Of a stretch of DNA of 64,000 nucleotides, positions 49,101-58,100 are shown one piece after another. Below the pieces are notes generated by a model that was not told where the DNA came from, searched no databases, and was given only the letters and a program-made list of their open reading frames with translations. The position numbers were made by a program, and so were the translations under genes. Source of the DNA: Podarcis pityusensis (Eukaryota); assembly GCA_964106645.2 (NCBI GenBank), contig OZ067044.1; one strand, written 5' to 3'. The number at the start of each line of letters is the position of its first letter. Position 1 is the stretch's first letter.

Positions 49101-52100
49101 CAGCCTTATTCAAAGCTACAAAATTCAGCCTTTTGGAATGCCTGTTCAGAGCAGAGTTAGTGCCTTCTTTGTGGGCTAAGCACAGCATACCGTTTGTTCA
49201 TGTGGTTTGGTGCACAGCGCAACCCAGTCCAATGTCTTCTGTTCTTAATTTCTTCACCTTGAAAATTCCATAGACAAGATCCTGTGCAGCACACTTAGTA
49301 CTGAACATTTGGCTTAAGTGTCATCATTCAAGAACAACCTAATCACCTTGTAGAATCTCAAGGACATACAGCGGCTGTTCTCTGTGCACTTTATTGCATC
49401 CTCCGTCCTTACAAATAATCCTGTATAAGCTGGCATTGTCATAATACTATAGTGCTTTAGAGCTATATAAATTAAAGGCAAATACATGTTATCCTACTCC
49501 AGTGCATACTGGGGAATAGTTATAGTTTTGTCAGTCTCCTGGTTTTCAAGTACTAGATGTATCACAGATGTATGCTTAAATCTGCTGAAATTCATCGTCT
49601 TGGGGACATTTTGCAAGAAGTAGAAAGAAATGGAAAACGTTCTGAAGCTAAGATAGGGGCTTTCCCTTTGTGCTGCCCTTCTACTGCAGTTATTCAGAAT
49701 GACAGTGGAAAACTCCTTAGCCAGCATTATATAGCACTCTCAATCATCATTCAGCTGGAATACTTGACTTTCTTCATCTAGACACAATTCATTATGTCAT
49801 CATGTCATAAGGTCTGCTTTCTGAGTCTTGTTATGCCTCAGTTGTGTCCTTAAGACACTAAATAATATTTAGTTCAGCTGCCATAAAGTCAACCACTACA
49901 GGCTGACTACCATTGTAGTCAAGATGTGCAGCTTGTAGTATTTATCCACTCGTGTCTATAGCCATAACCTATGTGCTTCTTAGGATGTGCACATCAGTGA
50001 AAGCAGCATAAAGTAATCTGCCTTTATCTTTTAGCAACACATGAGATTTTGTCTTGAATGGTAGTGCTATTACCACCATCCTTAATGGAATTGTTTCTCA
50101 GTCTTCTGCGAATGTTGGGTTTTAGTCTTGTTCATATATTGCTCTTGTTTTGTGGCATTCTATTTTCTTAATGTAAAGTACAGTGGTGCCTCGCAAGACG
50201 AAAAGAATCCGTTCCGCGAGTCTCTTCGTCTTGCGGGTTTTTTCGTCTTGCGAAGCAAGCCCATTAGCGGTTTAGCGGATTAGCGCTACAGTATTAGCGG
50301 CTTAGCGGGCTTAGCGGATCAGCTGATAAGCGGCTTAGCGATCAGCTATTAAGCGGCTTAACAATAGCTGATAAGCGGCTTAACGATCAGCTGATAAGCG
50401 GCTTAGCGATCAGCTGTTAAGCGGCTTAGCGATCAGCTGTTAAGCGGCTTAACGATAGCTGATAAGCGGCTTAACGATCAGCTGATAAGCGGCTTAGCGA
50501 TCAGCTGTTAAGCGGCTTAGCCGATCAGCTGATAAGCGGTTTAGCGGCTTGGGAAAAAGGGGGGGGAAAGGGGAAAAAAACCGCAGGAACTCGCAAGACA
50601 TTTTCGTCTTGCGAAGCAAGCACATAGGAAATTCGTTTTGCAAAGCACCTCCAAAACGGAAAACCCTTTCGTCTAGCGGGTTTTCCGTCTTGCGAGGCAT
50701 TCGTCTTGCGGGGCACCACTGTACAGCCCAATGTTCTATAACTATTATAAATACTGCTTATTTATAATAAACAATAAAGCTCACTGCCTGGAGTCACACT
50801 GAACTTTGAACTGTGTAATTGTTTTCCAGTCAATAATTGTTTTCCAGTCATATTGTGGTAGTCAAGCAATTACTTTAACAAATTTGAAGCAATATTCAAA
50901 AAGCATTTGCACATAGGGAGAAGTACAAAATTCAAAATGGTGCTTTTCTTAGCATTTCCCCTCTTAAGTTAGAAGGTCAAACACTCACAATTGAGCTTGG
51001 GGAACTAACGTTTTTTGCTTCAGTATACCCAGGTCATGCTAAAAACATTGTTTCCTGTCTTCTATCTCAAAATACTCATTTACAGTAACATTTTCCAGAA
51101 ATGCACCTGCCTTCCAGACCCAAAAGAATGGTTTGGTTTTAAGTTGCTCCCATTGTTTTCCACAGAATAAACAAGATGAACTCCAACATAGCTGTTTCTC
51201 ACCCCAGCACTGGAATCAGAAGGGGCAGGGCAAAGATTTAGCCTCCAACCACCTCCCACAGTGTTCAAATGCAAATATTTGATTTCTGCCATTTAAATGA
51301 ATTGTTGCAATTTATTCCTATGGGGAAAAATAAACTGCTGCACTTGGGAGGCAACAGACAATGTGTGTGTATGTGTGAAAAATATTTACACTGTTGTACT
51401 TACACTGTATTTACACTGTTGTCAAGAGATATTTGCCCAATATGCCTAACACTAGGTTGCTCAGCCTCCTCCACCAAGCACACAATATCTGCATGCATCT
51501 CTAACAACCTAATGTGGAACCAAAAGGCTCCCCCACCCCACCCCAAATCTGTTGCCCCATTTGCAGGCAGACAAGCTGGGAGGTCTTCAAAAGTTTTGGG
51601 GGGGTTGGGATTAACTGGTAGACATACTTGTCTCTTTTTAAATAGTGTTTTTAAACTACATCCATGAGTGGTGGTGCAATGCCTCAAATACTGGTAGGAA
51701 GCTGCAATTTTGTAGACAAAATAGGGCACTGGGAGGCTGCTGAGACGAGTTCTGCTGATCCTCATCAGGTTCCACCACCACTCAGTTCAAAGTCTGACCT
51801 CCTTTGATACCTTTTGGCAAACAAGCCACTTGTTTGCTCAGCTATGGTGAGGTAAGAATTGACATCAGGAGTATGAGCAGGGAAACAGTTCAAAGTGTGG
51901 GGTGCACCCCCCCTTTTAAGGCCACAAAGAGATGTAGCTTCTGTGGATGTTATTTGGAGCTTCCAAAAATGTCTATAGCATCTCATGCATTCCAGATCAC
52001 TTCTTTCTAATCTAATGTATAACAGAATATAACATTTTGGGGCAATTTGTTCAATTTGTTTGTATTATACCATAAAATTCTAAATGCATAGCACAAGACA

Positions 52101-55100
52101 GTTATAATCATTGCTAAAATTCCACTGCTTCATCATAACTGAAATATGCTGATATCTAACATGCTATATACAGTTGAGGTCAGAACCTCAATCAAACTGT
52201 TTCAGTAAAACTGGCTTACTGAATGCAGTCTCTTAAAAACGCTCTGAACTTCAAATGACCCTTTAGGTTGAATCACGAATGCCAGTGCCCATGTTGCCAA
52301 AATAGCATCATCAACGAACAAGAGGAAGCTATCAACAGGCCTGGAAGACTCCCAAGGTTCACTGAAGTACAAAAATGTAAGGTGGGAATGACCCCTCCAA
52401 AAAAAACCAAGTCCAATTAGGACTATGCTTAGTTGCCATGGAAAGCCAGCTGACTGCTTGGAGGAGGATGCAGAGTAAATGAAATAAAATATCCTGAACA
52501 AAAGCACTACATACTACTTTTTTTTGTAGATCTCACTTGTGCTCTTCACATGGTTTTAGAAATTGTGCTTAAGGTGGCCACTCATTTTTACAAAACAACC
52601 AGTGTGATGCTCCAATCCAGAACACAGGCACTTATGGTTTCCTGTCAAAACCTCCTAGCAGTTTATGGCCCCCAACACATGCTGTTTGCAGTAGCCAGCA
52701 TCTTTAGAAGCAAGTAGCAATTGGGAGGTAGAAGTTTTCAACAGGAGACTGGAACAGGGCTCCCATCCCAATCATGAATATGTTCCAGATTGGGGCCCCA
52801 AGGCTGTTTTTATTTCAAGCTAAGTGGCCAGCTGGAACACCTGTAACATGCAGTTTGGCCCTCAGAGAAGCATCGCTAGTAGAGAAGTGGATTCTGCTCT
52901 ACTTCATGAATCATGAGAAAATTTTACAAAATTTGTATTTAACAAAGAGCTGAACAGGCTTAAAGGCCTGGCAGTTACAAGTGTTTATGCATATACATGG
53001 ACAAGAGATCCATTTCCATTTTATCAGAATACACCACTTTGTTGGCTGCCCTATGGTGTGCACTACCTCACAGAGACTAGGCCCAGTGGCCACAAAGGAC
53101 AAATATTTATTTTCTATACTGCCTTTCATCCAAAGATCACAGGGAGGTTTACAATACAAAAATGTAAAAACATATAGCATAAACAAACTAAAGCAATAAA
53201 CCCCCTCACTGAGAAAAAATATTTATTAAAACAAAGCTTTTCTAGTAGTGGCTTCTAAAGAATGAAGCTTGCTCTCCACATGCCACGCTGCCTCTCTTTC
53301 AGGAGACAGTGGGAATGAGTATGGTACACTATTTTGGGAGCGGATCATGGACAAGCTGCTAGGTTATTATTTTTGTGATGAATTAGATCTATTTATTTTT
53401 TCAGGATTACCGTTTTTATGGATTTTTACCCACTACCTTGGGAGCCTTTTTAAGTTCAGAGTAGGAAGCCTTGTCTGGTGTTCTGTTCTCAAACTGAAAT
53501 GACACACAGGCACTTATCAAGAGAAATGACGTGCGAGTGCTAAGGGGGCAACTTGCTTCAGTGAGAACAGTTCATTTCCTTGTCATGGAACAAGATTTAT
53601 AGGTAGCTGAACCTTTCTAATACATAAAACAACTTCAGCTGCATAAATTTGATAAATTTTGCAAAATATTTTAGCCAACTAAGGGCTTCAATTAGGAATT
53701 TTCTGTCAATGAAAAGCAGTTTTCATGGATGAAAATATAAATTTTGAAAAATGTGGCTAATGTGAGTTAAAATCCCAGAAGGCGAAGGTACGGTTCAAAA
53801 ATATTTCTAGTGTTTGGAGTCAAGAATTCAGTACCCTGGCAGAGCTCCTTGTCTTTCTTCAGGACAAGAAAAATCAGAATAAATCACACAATCCACTAGG
53901 TGATATAAAGTAAATTACTGGAGTGCTCTATGTGATACAAATCTTTTCCATGAAAATAATTTGGATGCCTGTGTGCAGAATTCATATGATAGCAGCCTAT
54001 CTTAAGTTTGCCTATTATATGTGAAGCACTTTGAGCATTTAGAAAAAGCATTATATATAACTTGTTATAAGAATGTTTTGTTTAACCTATTTTGAGGATC
54101 TCAGTGTTCCCTTAAAAATGCTTACTCAAAAATCCCAACTTGTCCAATACCTTCTCATCTTTCTGGCCTTCTGTACAACTTAGCTCCCCTACTCTTAAAC
54201 CTTCAGAGAGGAGCCGTCACATTATGTGCTGCACAGCACCTAGCATATTCTTTACACTAAATAAATATGCAGATGCATCAGTTTTAATTAACAATTCTGC
54301 AGTGATTTTGCACTGCAAAATTCTGTCACTTCTGAGTACAACCGTGCTCAATTCACTTTCTACCAAGTATTATGCTTTATTTAATGGACTCAACAAACAT
54401 TTGATTAATCACATTCATAGGTCTCCAGAAAGGCTATACATACAAACTTGTAAGTTCTTTGAAATCTAAGTTGACTCACTCACTTAATGCAACTGTTATC
54501 AATTAACAACTGGGCAAACTGTCCAGAATGAGAAAGAACAAACTGCACAGCACATGAACCACCAAGCTGAATACGGTCCACTAACCATGTATTTCACAAA
54601 CATGGTGAAAACAAATGGAGACTGTGGTGTGTGTGTATGTATGTGTGTGAGTGAGAGAGCGAGCGAGAGCACGAGAAAGCACATATGAGAGCATGCGTAC
54701 ATCAAGCATTGGCTTGACACAAAACATGTTTGGCTAGGTGAATCACAGATTTTGCTAACCCAAGACAAGACGTTTTCTGCAACAGGTACACAAGGAGTTT
54801 CTTTGTACTTCAAAATTCTGCAAAATACAGAATTTCCTATTTGACCTCATTTACAGCAATAATAAAATCAGCTAAGGAAATGTGTAAATGAATACTACAG
54901 TTGGTCACTGTTTATTGAATCTGTCACACAATTCTTTACTACTGGTGAAGATGCAATTTTACTGCCAAGTTCAGAAATCTACTAAATCTATTAGAGGCAA
55001 CTTCTTACAAGTATAACTAAACATGGTTGAGTATTTTACTAAAGTATGTTATCAAATATATTATTCAACTAGTAACTAATGAGCGGTATTCAGGAAAGTT

Positions 55101-58100
55101 TTTCTTATAATAGACCTACCAAAATTAATGGACTTAACTTAGTCATGGTCATTAATTCAACTTAGTTGAATATCATCTAAAACTTGCTTTTGTTAACAGT
55201 AACCTCCATGCAACATGGCAGAGAGTGTTAAAAGGAGTTTGAGATATGGTACCATGTGATGACATTAAGGTTGCCACTGGCTGTTCAAATCAAAAGTTAT
55301 CACTGGAATAGCACAACTCCAGGCATGGAGCCAAAGCAGTTCTTTAGATAACTGCTAGTATGTTTTCAAAATCTTATACTAAAATGACTAAAGAGAAACA
55401 GACCTGCACCATTCACTATCAAGTCCCAAATACTTCTCATGCCCCAGACACACAATGAATTCAGAATCCTAGCACAAGTTATAAAATTTAAAAATGTTTG
55501 TATACTAACCTTTTGGGAGACTCAAAAGTGCAGGGGGATTCTCTTGAGGAGCTCTGTCAGGTTCCTGGGGAGGTACGACCATGGCAAGTGTATGCATTGG
55601 TACACGTGGAACCTGCAAAATCAACTCAGATTAAAAACTTATGTCAGCGGATTTTAAAGTAACCTGAACATTAATCCAAAGCAAGTAGGATACTCTCCTC
55701 ATACCCTGTACGTGCACAACGTTAAGTGTACTGTTCAAATAAGCTTTTGTGGGCTTTTAGTATGGAACTGGATTTTCCTCCCCTCAAATTTAAGAGCTAA
55801 GCTTTTTAAGAAATCCAACAGCATGAGAAATAGAAGAGGTAGCACACCTGAATTTTGAATCATTGTTCTTGGGATTTTCTCTCTACTTGACTTTTACTCA
55901 AATTGTACTATTCATATTCTATATCAAATTCATATTCTATATCTATATAAAAACTTGCACCATTTATGTCAAGCTGGTAAAAGTAAACATTCATTTTCCA
56001 CTGCTATAGTTAAAAGCTTTACAGCTTACCTGAGACTGATCCTGAGATGGCGGTGTGAGCTGAGACATATCTGCAGTTGGAACTGATAGAACATTGTTTG
56101 GGTAATCCAATAAATAGGAAACAACATTTGTGTGACCACCCTTCGCAGCTTCAATGAGCATGGTCGAGCCATCCTGGAATACACATTTTAAGAAGACAGA
56201 TTATAGTGGTTTGTGATCTGAGTACTGTACTAACTAGGTATACACAACAAAACCAACCTTATAGTTAACCCACTTTGGGAGCATTAGCCAATACAACTGA
56301 CAAAAGGTATATACTGTAAAATAATAAAATGAGTTACTTGGAATACCTTAAGACGATGAGTAGGGTCTGCACCATGAGCTAGGAGCAGCTCAACAACAGC
56401 AAGATGGCCCCCAGCACATGCCAGTGACACCACTGTGTGGTCATTATTAGCTGTAGCTCGGTTAACATTGGCACCTATCGCAGAGACGTAATTAAAGGGA
56501 AATTTCAAGGAACAAAGTTAATGCAAAGACACCATTTGTTGGGAATGAGATTCCAAATCATTTAATTTTAAAATGAACAATAATTTGCAAGTGAAGAAGA
56601 AATTGCTTACATTTAGGTTTAAAAAACATTTCACACAGTAAAGGCCAGTTTGTTATTAGTTGTATGTTAATTTTGGAATATAAATTAAATAGTTGAGTTC
56701 TAAAGGACAGTACAGCTCTGTCATAAACAGAGGAGACTCATTGAAACCAGTGCTGGCCAATTTAAATCTATTGGTTTCAATAGGCTTACTCCAAGTATGA
56801 CATAGTCAGGTACCAAAATATTTAAAGGTTCACGTTCATATTTCATGTTCGCTTAAAAGAAAATGCTGGTAAACTCATTTTTCATTAAGCATTGTATACC
56901 AAATGACAGTTAACCTGAACCTGCTGCAGTTAGTCTTCAGCTACAAGAACGAGACAACCCCTGTAACACTGCCTCTGCCACAAGCGCATAACCTCAAGCA
57001 AGATACACTAAATCTCATACTCCAAGTATGCGGGGGCATGGGGGTTGTAATACTTTATGGAGATATGAAAGGAGGATTATTTTAAAAAGAAGAAGTATAT
57101 GAAGCACTGAGCTTTCAAAAACACGGTCCAAGTACTGTTCTTATAAAATTGCAAAGGAAACACATCCCAAACATACATTTAGTACAAAACATTATATGTA
57201 TAGCAAAAGGTAATGATTGCTATAAAGCAACACATTCTTCCTAACAGCCAAAAGTCAAGCAATCCTTCCTTCAGCTACTAATGTTACTATTACTACTACC
57301 AACCTTTGCTAATAAGAAATTGTACAGTGCATAGATGACCCGCTCTTGCAGCCTTCATCAGTGGTGTTCTTCCACCTTCAGATTCATGCTCCTGTTTAGA
57401 AATATTATGAAGAAAGTAAAATCCATACTGTGGGGGAAAGTAAAGAGAAGAACTAATTTGCTAATATTCTAGAGCAAGATCAGCAGACAAGCTTAAGGTA
57501 GAGCTGATGCTTTTTCAGTGAGGTAAAAGAAAGCCCCCTTCAAAATAGGTGAGAGTCACAAACAACAACAAAAAGACTGAAGTCTTACCCAAGAGCTAAA
57601 CAGAACACTAAACTGTTTGGACCAAACACAACCTGAAGATTAGGGATTTGCTTTGCCTGGCAAATGGACCAAAGGTGGTATACGACAATGCTTTTGTAAA
57701 CATTTCTGATACTATAGTACAAGCTGTGCACAAAAACGTGACCTAAAAACACCAGTCATGCAGTTCACCCATTGTTGTACTTGAAGCATGCAGAATACAA
57801 ACAACCTTTTCCATTTTGAACACCCTTTTACATATTTAGTCCAGTTAAATAAATGATATAAATTTTTGTCCCATTGGCACTTCTTGATAAATCAGCAAAT
57901 AGAACCAATTAAAGAAAAGAAATACAAGGAACATGCACTGCTGGAAGGAAATCAAAGATTGAAAATTGTTATTTTTTTCAAAGTGATGAAAAAACTGTGG
58001 TGTAAACAGAACAATTACAAAATTATTTATTATTATTTATTAAATTTGCATACTACCCTCCATTCGAAGATCACAGGGCAGTTCACAACGTAAGAATCCA

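Noticed and set aside
50317-50545. CRISPR-like array of palindromic repeats
   Set aside because: Units are head-to-tail with no unique spacers, there are no cas genes, and it lies inside a TA-flanked MITE in a vertebrate intron.
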